Of a stretch of 64,000 nt of DNA, positions 43,683-54,381 are shown in pieces; the first letter of the stretch is position 1, and the number at the start of each line of letters is the position of its first letter. Made by a program: the position numbers and the translations under genes. The stretch is from Enterobacteria phage GEC-3S: sequence record HE978309; one strand, 5' to 3'. The notes beneath the pieces were generated by a model that made no database searches, was not told the DNA's origin, and worked only from the letters and a program-made list of their open reading frames with translations.

Positions 43683-44630
43683 TTAGAACTCACCAATTTT
43701 CTGCAACATTTTAACTAACGCATTTGTTACAAAATAGTTATAAATTTTACCGCGTGGTGCTGGTTTAGATTTTTCCCATGACTCCAGAATCTGAGTCTTA
43801 ATATTGTCTGGGATGTAATCGAAATCAATAAGTTCGCGGTTTTCGTCAAAGCGTCGTGCTTCTTCCTCTGTCATTAAAGACTTTGGATCTTCGGCATCGA
43901 AAATTTGCTCTAACCATTTGGTTGCAACCGGTTTAGCTCGTTCCCCTTCCAGTCGAGAGATAATGAAATCACTACGACACTTGACAGAAGCCACACCGTC
44001 TTTTGCGTCACCCTTAACACATTTTACCATAAGGTCTTTGTAAGGGCTACCATATTTGCATTTCTTCCATGCTTTCTGTACTGGCGCCCACTGTTTCACG
44101 TTTTTGTATTTGTGCAACTGCGTGTAGTCACCATCACCGGAGTTGATCAGCACCTGGCGACCTTCTACAGAAAACTTTTTAGTTAATACAGCGATTATAT
44201 CATCCGCTTCAACTTTGTCAACCTTAATAACGTGATAAGGCATATTCTCTTTAAACTCTTCGGTGATCTTATTGATCGCAGCAAAGATCATCTCCCAATC
44301 ACGCGGATCTGCGTCTCGCTTTTCCTTACGGTTGCGTTTATAGTAAGGGGCGATATCACGTCGCCAGTAACCTTTGCTTGAATCAAAAGCAAGTACCGTA
44401 ATAGGGTATTGCTCTTTGAATTTTGTCATATTATAACGCATGGTGTCAAGAATAAGATGACGGATCATGCCTTCATTAATAGGATCTTCCGGTTTAAATG
44501 TATGCGAGATAGTAGCAATCATAAGCTGTGACATATCAATCAAATGCACACCTTCCGGCAGTTTATCTTCTGGATCATCGAAGAAATCATTAAGTGTAGC
44601 GGTAGTTTTTGTAAACGGGTTATATGTCAT
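43683..44630 (-). CDS. rnh: RNase H (5'-3' exonuclease / flap endonuclease)
   Basis: 315 aa; SKGYWRRDIAPYYKRNR, INSGDGDYTQLHKY, DFDYIPDNI match T4 RNase H. Confidence 0.9.
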   Translation of the reverse strand: MTYNPFTKTTATLNDFFDDPEDKLPEGVHLIDMSQLMIATISHTFKPEDPINEGMIRHLILDTMRYNMTKFKEQYPITVLAFDSSKGYWRRDIAPYYKRNRKEKRDADPRDWEMIFAAINKITEEFKENMPYHVIKVDKVEADDIIAVLTKKFSVEGRQVLINSGDGDYTQLHKYKNVKQWAPVQKAWKKCKYGSPYKDLMVKCVKGDAKDGVASVKCRSDFIISRLEGERAKPVATKWLEQIFDAEDPKSLMTEEEARRFDENRELIDFDYIPDNIKTQILESWEKSKPAPRGKIYNYFVTNALVKMLQKIGEF

Positions 44631-44632
44631 AA

Positions 44633-44818
44633 TTAAGTTCTCTCCACTCTCACAACAACATATTCGCCAAACGAGTTAGATACTTCACGATCATAACCGT
44701 ACTTCTCCATAACTCGCAGAATTGCATTGTTTAATTCGGCGCGGAAATAATTGTAATCCTTATCAGGGATTCTGTCAACTACCCATTTTGCACCGTCTGA
44801 CAAATCAACTTTAACCAT
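44633..44818 (-). CDS. hypothetical protein (61 aa)
   Basis: ORF track; coupled to rnh. Confidence 0.45.
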   Translation of the reverse strand: MVKVDLSDGAKWVVDRIPDKDYNYFRAELNNAILRVMEKYGYDREVSNSFGEYVVVRVERT

Positions 44819-44856
44819 AATATATCATCCTCTTTTGTTTCTATCAAGCCTTATTT

Positions 44857-44864
44857 TATAAATA
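44857..44864 (+). promoter_or_regulatory. T4-type late promoter (TATAAATA) for gene 34
   Basis: exact TATAAATA about 29 nt upstream of the gp34 ATG; AAAGGAGA RBS. Confidence 0.6.
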
Positions 44865-44892
44865 TGATCATACTATAAAAGGAGACCCAATA

Positions 44893-47800
44893 ATGGCAGA
44901 TTTTTCTCAACATTTCAAGGCCACATTTGGCTTTGACGCTGGTAATGAAAAGGTCGTCAATGTAGCATTGGCTGATAAGAATGTCAACACCGATGCGGTC
45001 AACGTTGAATTTTTCAATTACCATAATGGTATTACTCAGTATGACACAACTCGCGGTTATGATCAATACGGAACTACAATCTATCAAAACCGTCCGTATT
45101 ATGCAAAAGAAGATATCACAAAACCAGCAGGTGATTTTGACCCGACTAAATGGCAAGCACTGCGCACGGACCCACGTTGGGATTATATTGCAGCAACTTC
45201 CGGTGATACTCCTTTACAGTCTGGTGATTATATCGCAGCAGATGGTCAATTTGCAAACTTGACTTTCTCTATGCCAACTAAACCAGCAGAGGGAGACACT
45301 ATAACAGTAAAAGATATCGGTGGCAAGTGTGGTGTTAACGAATTATCGTTCTTGAGTTCAGGACATGAGTTTTACCATAACGGTAATGTGTATAACCGAA
45401 AATGGTATTGCACTACCCCGTATGCAATGAACTATTTCATCTTTGTTCGTAATCGTTGGCATGTTTATCAGACAGGAACAGAGCCACGCGGTGTGTACGC
45501 ACAGCCAGCGATTGATGCTATTCAAATGCAGAATGGTGATCAGGTCTTTCGTCGTAGTTCGTTGGGTAATATTACCTTAGTGCTTCCTAAGTTTGCCAAC
45601 AATGGCGACATGATCCAGACTACAGACCTTGACGGATTAACCGCAACCAACCACGTTACGGTTAAAGTTCATGAGCACGCAGAAGAACAATCAATTGGCA
45701 CGTCCGGTCTAAAAGAGATTATCGGTAAGCGTAGCGGTCATGGTGTATTCATCTTTGACAAGACGGAAAACTTATGGCGTTTGTGGGATGGTGATCAGTC
45801 TGTTCGTCTTAAACCGATCATCGATGACACTCGCTTGCAACCTAATAGCTATGTTGCCGTATTTGGTGATCGTGATGTTACTCTGACGCTGCCGACCAAT
45901 GTCGAGCCGGGTGATCGTATTCAAGTTTCTATGCAGTATATGCACGGAAACCAGAATTGCCGTATTATCACCGCCACAGAGGATACAAAAATCCTTATGC
46001 AGAAAAACATGGTTCAGTTTCCTAAGCGTAGCGAGTACCCATTCAATGGGACCGATACATGGACGGGAGTTTCTGAATTGTCTTTCAACGCTGCAAATGA
46101 TTATGTACCTTATCTGGAGTTCTCTTATTCAGAAGGTGATGATGGTAAGAAATACTGGTTGGTGGCACATGCTCACCCGATTGTAGAACGAGTAGATCCG
46201 ACTCGTAAAGACCGTGTTGGTGTAATTGCACTGGCTACCCAGGATGAAACAAACAAAAACCATGAAGATAATCCTAGCGACGAAGTTGCGGTGACTCCAA
46301 AGGTTCTGGCTAATAAAACAGCCAACGAAACTCGACGCGGTATTGCTCGCATTGCGACTCAAGCGGAAACGCATCAAGATACTGGTTCTAACTTCCTGGA
46401 TGATGTTATCGTTACGCCTAAAAAGTTAAATGACTGTGTTGCTACCGAAGCCCGTCGTGGTGTGATGGAAATTGCAACCCAGCACGAAACCAATGAAGGT
46501 TTAGACGATACCCGCGCTATTACTCCTAAGAAATTAGAAGAACGTCGCGCTTCCGAAGATCTCGCTGGTATTGCTGAAATTGTTCAGGTTGGCGGTAGTG
46601 CTGCCGCTCGACGTGGCGAAGCTGGTACAGGGATCTATAACATCAATGACCATGCTAAAATTGTTACGCCAAAAAACATCAACGAAGTCAAGGCGACCGA
46701 AACTTCCCGTGGTGTTGGCTATCTGGCAACTGACGCGGAAGTGCAAGGGGCTACAGAATCAACCCCGCAAGATGCTTTACTAATCACTACTCGCACGCTA
46801 ACTAAACGTACTGCTACCGAATCGCGCACTGGTATCGCTGAAATTGCAACTCAGGAAGAAACAAACTTAGGTCAAAGTGATAACCATATCATCACGCCTA
46901 AAAAGCTGCATACTCGCCGCGCAACGGAAACTTTACATGGTTTAGCAGAAATTGCAACTCAACCGGAGTTTGACGCAGGTCTTGACGATGCTCGCATTTC
47001 TACCCCATTGAAGATTAAAACCTTCTTTGAGAATGCACAGCGTTTGAAAGTAGATCCGACTCAGGGGCTTAACCTTACTGGTGATTTGTGGCAAGGTATC
47101 ATGATCAGCGGTCTGGATGCAACCGAAGACACAAAAGGTGTCGCTAAAGTTGCTACTACTCAGCTTACGGATGCTGGTCAAGATGATACTACAATCATCA
47201 CGCCTAAAAAGCTGCAAGGCAAAAAAGCCACCGAAGGTAAAGAAGGTATTATCCGCGTTGGTACTCAAGCCGAAACCGTGGCTGGTACACTGGCTAATGT
47301 AGCAATTTCTCCGAAGAACTTCAAATATGTTGTTCAGACAGAGGATACATGGAAAGCAACCGAAGCGCGTCGTGGATTCTTGAAAGTTGCTACTCAGGAA
47401 AACTGTTTTGTTGGTGACAATCTGCAAGGTTCTACTCAAGAACTAGGAAACTACCAGCATGACGGAATTGCTGTTACCCCGAAAGGATTAAACTATGCAC
47501 TTGCTAATTTCTTACCTAAGATGGCAACCGCTCAGAATAGTTTGAAATTGGGTAACGTAGAGGCCGCTAAATGGGCGCGTAGAGACATTGACCAGACCAT
47601 AGAGAGCAATTACACGTTTAATAAAAACGTTAACGTGAAGGGCGATTTAGGGTGCTTAAAATCTGGTTCCTTTGAAACTCTTTCTGTGACTAAGAACTCT
47701 ACTGATGTTCCGAGTAATGGTCATCTGGTGTTGGGTAAGCGTGGAGTTGACGGTCACACCGGAATTACTCTGCATGGTACAACCGCATCGGAAGGCATGA

Positions 47801-48633
47801 AAAACTCGTGGTCTATTATCGTTGGTGGTACTGGAACAGCGCAAGTTGTTGATAGTGATGCTATCGCTTTCGGTCAAATCAATGATGGTGGAGTCGTCGA
47901 GCATTACGCCTTTGCTGTGGAACACAATGGCGACGCGACAGCATATAGAGACTTTATTGCAGGTCGTAACCTGTATGCGAAACAAGGCGGTTTATACATT
48001 GTTGACCAGTCTAATCCGGCAATGACTCGTTCCCAAGATGGTATGCTGAATATCGGTCACGGTGGAAGTGTTAACATCAAGGCAGGTTCTCAAAAGTTAA
48101 CTACAGAGATCGCCGGACAGAAATATCAGATCGTACACGCAGGAAACGCCGACGAAGTTCTTAACCGTCAGTTTGTTAAGAATGCTGGCGATACAATGGT
48201 CGGTAAGCTGACTATGGATAATGCGCCTATTGTTTCTGTTAAGCATGAAGCTAGCGCGGCAACCGCTCCGGCAATCGGTAACATCGGTTTCTGGAATATG
48301 CGAGTTACTACCCAGAACATCAAAGAAACTTATCCAGAGAAGAAAAACGGTACTCTGATGCAATGGGGTACTGACGCGGACGGGCTTACCCAGCTTTGGT
48401 CCCCTGATGGTACTCATAAACATTATATCCGTTCCGGTACTGGTGGTCAATGGACCGCATGGGGTGAAATTTACACCAAACAGAATAAGCCTACCGCTCA
48501 GGAAATCGGGGCAGTAGTTGCAGAAGGTGGTTTAATGAACTCTATGACGGTTCGTGATTGGATCAAAGTTGGTAATGTTAAAATCATCGCCAATAATCTG
48601 ACTCGTACCGTAGACTTTATCTGGGAAGACTAA
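44893..48633 (+). CDS. 34: gp34 long tail fibre proximal subunit
   Basis: 1246 aa; N-terminus similar to T4 gp34; synteny after rnh. Confidence 0.9.
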   Translation: MADFSQHFKATFGFDAGNEKVVNVALADKNVNTDAVNVEFFNYHNGITQYDTTRGYDQYGTTIYQNRPYYAKEDITKPAGDFDPTKWQALRTDPRWDYIAATSGDTPLQSGDYIAADGQFANLTFSMPTKPAEGDTITVKDIGGKCGVNELSFLSSGHEFYHNGNVYNRKWYCTTPYAMNYFIFVRNRWHVYQTGTEPRGVYAQPAIDAIQMQNGDQVFRRSSLGNITLVLPKFANNGDMIQTTDLDGLTATNHVTVKVHEHAEEQSIGTSGLKEIIGKRSGHGVFIFDKTENLWRLWDGDQSVRLKPIIDDTRLQPNSYVAVFGDRDVTLTLPTNVEPGDRIQVSMQYMHGNQNCRIITATEDTKILMQKNMVQFPKRSEYPFNGTDTWTGVSELSFNAANDYVPYLEFSYSEGDDGKKYWLVAHAHPIVERVDPTRKDRVGVIALATQDETNKNHEDNPSDEVAVTPKVLANKTANETRRGIARIATQAETHQDTGSNFLDDVIVTPKKLNDCVATEARRGVMEIATQHETNEGLDDTRAITPKKLEERRASEDLAGIAEIVQVGGSAAARRGEAGTGIYNINDHAKIVTPKNINEVKATETSRGVGYLATDAEVQGATESTPQDALLITTRTLTKRTATESRTGIAEIATQEETNLGQSDNHIITPKKLHTRRATETLHGLAEIATQPEFDAGLDDARISTPLKIKTFFENAQRLKVDPTQGLNLTGDLWQGIMISGLDATEDTKGVAKVATTQLTDAGQDDTTIITPKKLQGKKATEGKEGIIRVGTQAETVAGTLANVAISPKNFKYVVQTEDTWKATEARRGFLKVATQENCFVGDNLQGSTQELGNYQHDGIAVTPKGLNYALANFLPKMATAQNSLKLGNVEAAKWARRDIDQTIESNYTFNKNVNVKGDLGCLKSGSFETLSVTKNSTDVPSNGHLVLGKRGVDGHTGITLHGTTASEGMKNSWSIIVGGTGTAQVVDSDAIAFGQINDGGVVEHYAFAVEHNGDATAYRDFIAGRNLYAKQGGLYIVDQSNPAMTRSQDGMLNIGHGGSVNIKAGSQKLTTEIAGQKYQIVHAGNADEVLNRQFVKNAGDTMVGKLTMDNAPIVSVKHEASAATAPAIGNIGFWNMRVTTQNIKETYPEKKNGTLMQWGTDADGLTQLWSPDGTHKHYIRSGTGGQWTAWGEIYTKQNKPTAQEIGAVVAEGGLMNSMTVRDWIKVGNVKIIANNLTRTVDFIWED

Positions 48634-48666
48634 TTAAAGGGGGCGAAAGCCCCCTATGGGGTTATT

Positions 48667-49806
48667 ATGACACAAGAGATAGAATTACGCAACACTGGAA
48701 TTAGGTTTGCGCATTTCGACGAAGACTCTGCGACATTTACCAGCATTTCAGAAAATAACTCTGTGATGTATAAGCTGGAAGTGCGCGGATCTAATGCGGA
48801 TTCTACCAAACCAGCAAGGATTAGATTTAATGGAGTGGAGATCGTTGGCACTGGCTATGAAAATGGCCTAAATTTTAAAGTTCTTACTCCAACTGGACAA
48901 TTACACGAAGAAAAGGTATTCTATGGTCGCGGTGCTGTTTTGGCAATGCGTGATTATCTTTCTTTGCTGAAAGGTGACTATATCATTGCGATGGCAACGC
49001 ATGGAGAATTGTTTGCAGATCCGGTAAGTGATGTTGTATTTTCTAAGCTGGGATCTGTATCATTCCCGAATCACATTTTGTTACAGCAAATGCCTCGTGT
49101 ATCATATGCAGCAATTTATTCTACGAAAATGGGTAAAATTGTGTGCGAAGGGATGCAAGCAACTCACGGGGAAGGACAAGATTCATCTATACAAATTGAG
49201 AAAGTCTATGATACTATAGATGATCTTGCTATAACAGGAACACCGCAACGATTTTTAGATTATCCGGTTGAGTATGTTAGCGAAGATGCCGAACATTTCG
49301 AGCTAATACAATGGCCTCACGATGAGATCAGCGCCCCACTTGAGGATTTTAACATAAAGGCAGGTGACAAACTATCAATATCCTTTGAATTGTTCCGTGA
49401 TAGTGCCGCAGCCGCAGCCAACGTAACAGCGCGTTTCTATCACAACTACTTCACCGATGGACAATATCAAACTGGTGTTCGATACAATGCCAGCAAAAAA
49501 GATCAATGGGAAAAGTTTGAAGCAGTCTATACCGTACCGGAAGGTGTCGATAGTGTAGTAACTGGTTGTATCAGATATCCAACCAACTCAAGTGAAGGTA
49601 TTGTTAAAATTAGAAACATACTAATAACGCCGATCAGTGGAGTCGTCAAAACTACTGGTCCTACTTCATTTGGTGTTAATGGTGTTAGAACAACTCATAT
49701 TCAGGATAACGGTGATTTTACTAACCCTGTAATGAGTCTTCTTAAGCTGCCTAGAGACAATAAACATATCACATCCAACAACTTTAAAGAGTTCGATGTT
49801 GATTAA
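48667..49806 (+). CDS. 35: gp35 long tail fibre hinge
   Basis: 379 aa (T4 gp35 is 372 aa by my recollection), synteny. Confidence 0.8.
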   Translation: MTQEIELRNTGIRFAHFDEDSATFTSISENNSVMYKLEVRGSNADSTKPARIRFNGVEIVGTGYENGLNFKVLTPTGQLHEEKVFYGRGAVLAMRDYLSLLKGDYIIAMATHGELFADPVSDVVFSKLGSVSFPNHILLQQMPRVSYAAIYSTKMGKIVCEGMQATHGEGQDSSIQIEKVYDTIDDLAITGTPQRFLDYPVEYVSEDAEHFELIQWPHDEISAPLEDFNIKAGDKLSISFELFRDSAAAAANVTARFYHNYFTDGQYQTGVRYNASKKDQWEKFEAVYTVPEGVDSVVTGCIRYPTNSSEGIVKIRNILITPISGVVKTTGPTSFGVNGVRTTHIQDNGDFTNPVMSLLKLPRDNKHITSNNFKEFDVD

Positions 49807-49816
49807 CATTTTTAAC

Positions 49817-49848
49817 AAGCCGATCCATGTGGTCGGCTTTATTTTTAT
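49817..49848 (+). terminator. rho-independent terminator after gene 35
   Basis: hairpin AAGCCGA...UCGGCUU then UAUUUUUAU. Confidence 0.55.
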
Positions 49849-49968
49849 ACAGTTGGTTAAAATGTAACCAAAACGAAGAAAGATCTTTAGAATAATAGAA
49901 AATTTGTTTCGGTTAAAAATTAGTCAGTGCCTCCGGCACGTCGCGAAGCGATATTTTTGTTAACATTC

Positions 49969-49976
49969 TATAAATA
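49969..49976 (+). promoter_or_regulatory. T4-type late promoter (TATAAATA) for gene 36
   Basis: exact TATAAATA about 34 nt upstream of the gp36 ATG. Confidence 0.6.
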
Positions 49977-50009
49977 CTCGGAACTATAACTAATTTTTGA
50001 GGTTACTTT

Positions 50010-51500
50010 ATGGCAGATTTGAAATATGGATCTACTGTAGGTGGATCTCCCATTTGGACGCAAGGAAACTTGACGATCCAGCCAGCGGGGGATCAGCTTT
50101 TCTACAAAGGTCATAAAATCTATACCGCTTTTGATAGACCTTCGGCTACCGATTTTGATGCTGTTAGTGCATCCGAAGGTGGCACATTTCAAAAGCAAGT
50201 TCATTTCGAGGAAGGTTTAAGCGTAGGTAGCGCATCGGCTGGAGAAACTAAAAAGAATGGTATCTTTAAAGGTCAGAGTGACGCTGCTAATTTTGACGGT
50301 GTAAGCTGGGGTTTGCATTCATGGAAGTCAATCGGCTTTGTTAATGCCCGTGATGGCGTTATTATGGCGTATATTGACACCACAACTGGCGAATTTAAGT
50401 CTAAAGGGACTATCGAAGGGACAACCATTAAAGACACAGGTCAACGCGTCTATAGCCCTGTTAATAAACCAACGAATAATGATTTAGATTTGGTGTCTCG
50501 TCGCGGTGATACTCTCACAGGAACATATAATTTAAACACCGTCACTGTTAAACTATCGGTTGATTCGAAATTAATTGCAAGGGAACGTGATTTAATTAAT
50601 TTTGATGCGACTAAGATCTATTATGGTAACGTTCTTGATACGTTGGTCTTCCGAAGTAAAGATGAGCCTACCATTTTTGTTAATGGCAAAGAAGGTCGTT
50701 TTTATCACACCAACAATAAACCAACTAAAGCCGATGTTGGACTAGGCAATGTCACCAATGATGCACAGGTTAAACGTGCTGGTGATATTATGGAAGGTAA
50801 CTTGCAAGCGCCTAGAATGTTGGCGACAAACGATCCTGCTGGTCCTAATGAATTGGTTCGTTTGAGCTACTTTGAGAGAAAATCAATGGTAGCAAATCCA
50901 ACCATCATTGGAAACGTTGATTGGAACACTCTTATTAATCGCGGTATCTATCGTGTGGAAAATGCTGGATCAGGTACTAATAAACCGTCTGATAGCTATT
51001 ATAACGGCGTTTTGATGGTATATCGCCCAGAAGATGCGGTCGGTACTCGTCGAATTGTTCAGGTGTATTATCCTGAATCTATTGACCATCCGATGTGCTG
51101 GCGTTCTTGTTCTAATGAATCATGGACTGCATGGAACTATGTAGATCACCGTAAATTAGCCGATATTCGCTATGTTAACGTAACTGGCGATACCATGACA
51201 GGACCGTTAACTGTTCCGGCTGCAAACGGTGTTAGAACAGCTAAAACTAACTATAACGGGGATAACTGTTATGCGGCGTTAAGCGGTGCTGATGGTACTG
51301 CTATGATTCACCGCATTAGTGATATTAAAGGGACCGAAAAGCTGGGGATCACCCACGACTCAAAGGTCGTGTTTTTCCGTTCTAGAAACAATACTCAAAC
51401 CGTGGATCGCTATCAGCTTTATCATGAAGGTAATAAACCTACTCCGGCTGATGTTGGAGCGGTTCCACTTAATGCGGTGATTGATTTTGGTACTTTCTAA
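50010..51500 (+). CDS. 36: gp36 long tail fibre distal connector (expanded, 496 aa)
   Basis: N-terminus MADLKYGSTVGGSPIWTQGN similar to T4 gp36; more than twice the T4 length. Confidence 0.8.
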   Translation: MADLKYGSTVGGSPIWTQGNLTIQPAGDQLFYKGHKIYTAFDRPSATDFDAVSASEGGTFQKQVHFEEGLSVGSASAGETKKNGIFKGQSDAANFDGVSWGLHSWKSIGFVNARDGVIMAYIDTTTGEFKSKGTIEGTTIKDTGQRVYSPVNKPTNNDLDLVSRRGDTLTGTYNLNTVTVKLSVDSKLIARERDLINFDATKIYYGNVLDTLVFRSKDEPTIFVNGKEGRFYHTNNKPTKADVGLGNVTNDAQVKRAGDIMEGNLQAPRMLATNDPAGPNELVRLSYFERKSMVANPTIIGNVDWNTLINRGIYRVENAGSGTNKPSDSYYNGVLMVYRPEDAVGTRRIVQVYYPESIDHPMCWRSCSNESWTAWNYVDHRKLADIRYVNVTGDTMTGPLTVPAANGVRTAKTNYNGDNCYAALSGADGTAMIHRISDIKGTEKLGITHDSKVVFFRSRNNTQTVDRYQLYHEGNKPTPADVGAVPLNAVIDFGTF

Positions 51501-51504
51501 TTTT

Positions 51505-51529
51505 AGCGGGGATTATCTCCCCGCTTTTC
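51505..51529 (+). terminator. hairpin, weak terminator after gene 36
   Basis: AGCGGGGA-UUAUC-UCCCCGCU then UUUC. Confidence 0.4.
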
Positions 51530-51570
51530 TAAATAATATTATTCTAATAACCGTTTAAGGATTTTATAAA

Positions 51571-54339
51571 ATGGCAGATTTAAGCAGAATCCAATTTAAA
51601 CGCACTAGCACTAAAGGTCGTAAACCTGATGCTAGTACGATGAATCCGGGGGAATTGGCAATCAACCTTGCGGATCAATATCTTCTTACTAAAAATGATT
51701 CCGGTGCTATTATCAATTTAAGTTGCCCTCCGGTGTATGACCGTGATGTTACAATGGCGGGTAAGGTTAAAGGTAATAATTATATCTTAGGTAAAACCGC
51801 CAACTATCTGGAAGATCAGACAGCGCGAGATCTTAACTACTTTGGTGCTTTCCGTACCAATGGTCTTGATGGTTTTCTCGAACTCACGCTAAACGTTCCT
51901 CATTCTTCTGGTGTTCAGCATGGTCGAGGATTTACTTTCCAGTATGGACACACAGGAAACCGTGTAGAAACTTATGGTTATAATAAAGAAGGACAAAAAG
52001 CATTTAGCTATAAAATGTATCACGAAGGTGATAAACCAACACCCTCAGAATTGAACGTTTACAGCAAACAAGAAGTTGACCGTATGTTTGTTAAAAACGT
52101 TAAACTTGCTACAGTTCCTGGTGATATAGTTGACGGTTATTTTAAATTAGCAACTGCAATGATTCCGCAAAGCGGTCGTAGTGTATTTTTCCGTATTCAT
52201 GGTGGTAACGGATATAACGTTACTGCATACGATCAAGTTGATATTGTAGAAATTGTTATTCGCAGTGGAAATAATCGTCCTAAAGGTGTTAACGTTATTG
52301 CATATCGCCGAAATACAAACAAAGCATTTGATGTTTTGGCTGTTAATACTTCTGGTGATAACTATGATATCTACGTGAAATATCAGCGTTATACTGATAA
52401 CGTTATTGTTGAATTTGGTAAAAGTGTTGATGTTAATCTGGTAGTCCATGACGTTCCAGACTTTGTTGTTGATCGTCCTGCTGGCGATAATGTTATTGGC
52501 GGTCGCGCGGTAACTCTTTTTAACACCGAAAACAAACGAGGTGTGTTGAGTTTTGACGATAACACACAAAATAGTTATGATATTGTTCACTTGAGTAATG
52601 ATAGGGGTACTGGACGAAAATATATTCGTAAATTCCGTAGTAACTATAATGAAATGATCTGGCACGAGACGGTTCAAGGCGCCAGCTATCGTCTGGCTAC
52701 TGGTGCAACTGATGTTCAGGAGATTCTAACCGTTGAATCTGTTAGCTCAATTGCTGGAACTCATAAAGGTAATATTACTTCTGGCCGTATGCTGTTAAAT
52801 GGTGGTAGTAATGTTATTACCTTGCGGCGTCCTGCTGGTCAATCCAACCATATTGCGTTTCAAGATAATCGTACTGGAGATATTACCCGTCAAGGATGGA
52901 TCGGTTATGCCAATGCTGATACTAACGTTTTTGAATGGTATAGTGATGTAGGTGGCAGTTCTATTCGTCAACATATCGACGGACAGATCGAATTTCAGAC
53001 AGGTAGCATGAAGCGAGTTTATACTAACGGACAATTCATTTCATTATATGCCGATGGCTTCCGTACAGTATATGGAAACTATGGTTCATGGTGGCGAAAT
53101 GACGGTAGTAACGTTTATCTGATGAGCACAAAATCAGGCGACACTATGGGTCCGTGGAATACCTTTAGGCCGTTCATATACAGTCTCGCCAATGGAAACG
53201 TTACTCTAGGTGGTAGCGATGCTGGCAACCATTTAATGCGTCTCAATAATGAAAATCGTCAAGTAGAAATAAATGCAACAACACATTTAGGGTCTCGATT
53301 ATATTGGGAACGTAGCGAAGGATCGGCATCTAGATTTTTTATTAAGAATTGGGGTAATGGATCTTCTCGCGCTCAAGTGTGGGAACTTGCTGACGAGACA
53401 GGTTATCATGTATATTCTCAGCGAAACGACGCGGGTGTTCTTCAATTCCGTACTGCTGGTAATTTTGAGACTGGTGGTGATGCTCAAGTAAACGGGACTT
53501 TACGTGTCACCAATGTTCTTCGAACAGATAACCAAATTCAGATTTATCGCGATAACAACAAAGAACTCTGGTTTAAGGATGCTAATGGTACTAACCGTGG
53601 TGTTATCTGGGGTGATAGCACAGGTCAAATGCGCATTCGAAACTATAACAGCGGAGAATTTGACCATGTTTTCCAGACTGGTATGATTCGCTTAGAACGT
53701 GGGTATGCAAACGGTAGCGACCGTGGTTTGATTCGCGGAGAAGTACAAGGTGGTGCTTGGTCAGAATGGAAAACTCGCGCTGCTGGCTTATTGGTTGACT
53801 GTCCAGCTGCTCAAACTTCCGCATATAACGTATGGAAAGCGACCAAATGGGGTTTAGACCACATCGCGGCAATGGGCGTTCATGTTCCTAGTGGCGTTAT
53901 TACTAATGCTATGGCACGTCTTCATATTCATACCACAAACTTTGACTTTAACGCCTCCGGTGATTTCCAAGCAGGTCGTAACGGTAATTTTAACGATGTG
54001 TATATTCGTTCTGATGCTCGCCTTAAAATCAATAAGGAAGAGTATAAGGAGAATGCCACCGATAAAGTTAATCGCTTGACGGTATACACCTATGACAAGG
54101 TTAAATCTTTAACCGACCGTACTGTCATTGCTCATGAAGTTGGTATTATTGCTCAGGATCTTGAGAAAGAATTGCCGGAAGCCGTAACAACTTCTAAGGT
54201 CGGCGATCCTGATAAGCCAGAAGAGATCTTAACAATTTCTAACTCTGCTGTCAACGCTCTTTTAATTAAGGCGTTTCAGGAAATGAGCGAAGAACTTAAA
54301 GCCGTTAAAGCTGAACTAGCGGAACTTAAAAAGAATTAA
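51571..54339 (+). CDS. 37: gp37 long tail fibre distal subunit with C-terminal intramolecular chaperone (peptidase S74-like) domain
   Basis: 922 aa; N-terminus MADLSRIQFKRTSTKGRKP similar to T4 gp37; C-terminal about 110 aa begins SDARLKINKE. Confidence 0.8.
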   Translation: MADLSRIQFKRTSTKGRKPDASTMNPGELAINLADQYLLTKNDSGAIINLSCPPVYDRDVTMAGKVKGNNYILGKTANYLEDQTARDLNYFGAFRTNGLDGFLELTLNVPHSSGVQHGRGFTFQYGHTGNRVETYGYNKEGQKAFSYKMYHEGDKPTPSELNVYSKQEVDRMFVKNVKLATVPGDIVDGYFKLATAMIPQSGRSVFFRIHGGNGYNVTAYDQVDIVEIVIRSGNNRPKGVNVIAYRRNTNKAFDVLAVNTSGDNYDIYVKYQRYTDNVIVEFGKSVDVNLVVHDVPDFVVDRPAGDNVIGGRAVTLFNTENKRGVLSFDDNTQNSYDIVHLSNDRGTGRKYIRKFRSNYNEMIWHETVQGASYRLATGATDVQEILTVESVSSIAGTHKGNITSGRMLLNGGSNVITLRRPAGQSNHIAFQDNRTGDITRQGWIGYANADTNVFEWYSDVGGSSIRQHIDGQIEFQTGSMKRVYTNGQFISLYADGFRTVYGNYGSWWRNDGSNVYLMSTKSGDTMGPWNTFRPFIYSLANGNVTLGGSDAGNHLMRLNNENRQVEINATTHLGSRLYWERSEGSASRFFIKNWGNGSSRAQVWELADETGYHVYSQRNDAGVLQFRTAGNFETGGDAQVNGTLRVTNVLRTDNQIQIYRDNNKELWFKDANGTNRGVIWGDSTGQMRIRNYNSGEFDHVFQTGMIRLERGYANGSDRGLIRGEVQGGAWSEWKTRAAGLLVDCPAAQTSAYNVWKATKWGLDHIAAMGVHVPSGVITNAMARLHIHTTNFDFNASGDFQAGRNGNFNDVYIRSDARLKINKEEYKENATDKVNRLTVYTYDKVKSLTDRTVIAHEVGIIAQDLEKELPEAVTTSKVGDPDKPEEILTISNSAVNALLIKAFQEMSEELKAVKAELAELKKN

Positions 54340-54381
54340 GGAAAACTCCCAGGGAAGGGAAACTACTAAGGAGAAACGGCT

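Noticed and set aside
51538-51570. CTAAATAA and TATAAAAT sequences upstream of gene 37, considered as a late promoter
   Set aside because: Neither matches the exact TATAAATA found upstream of genes 34, 36, 51 and uvsW; not called without transcript data
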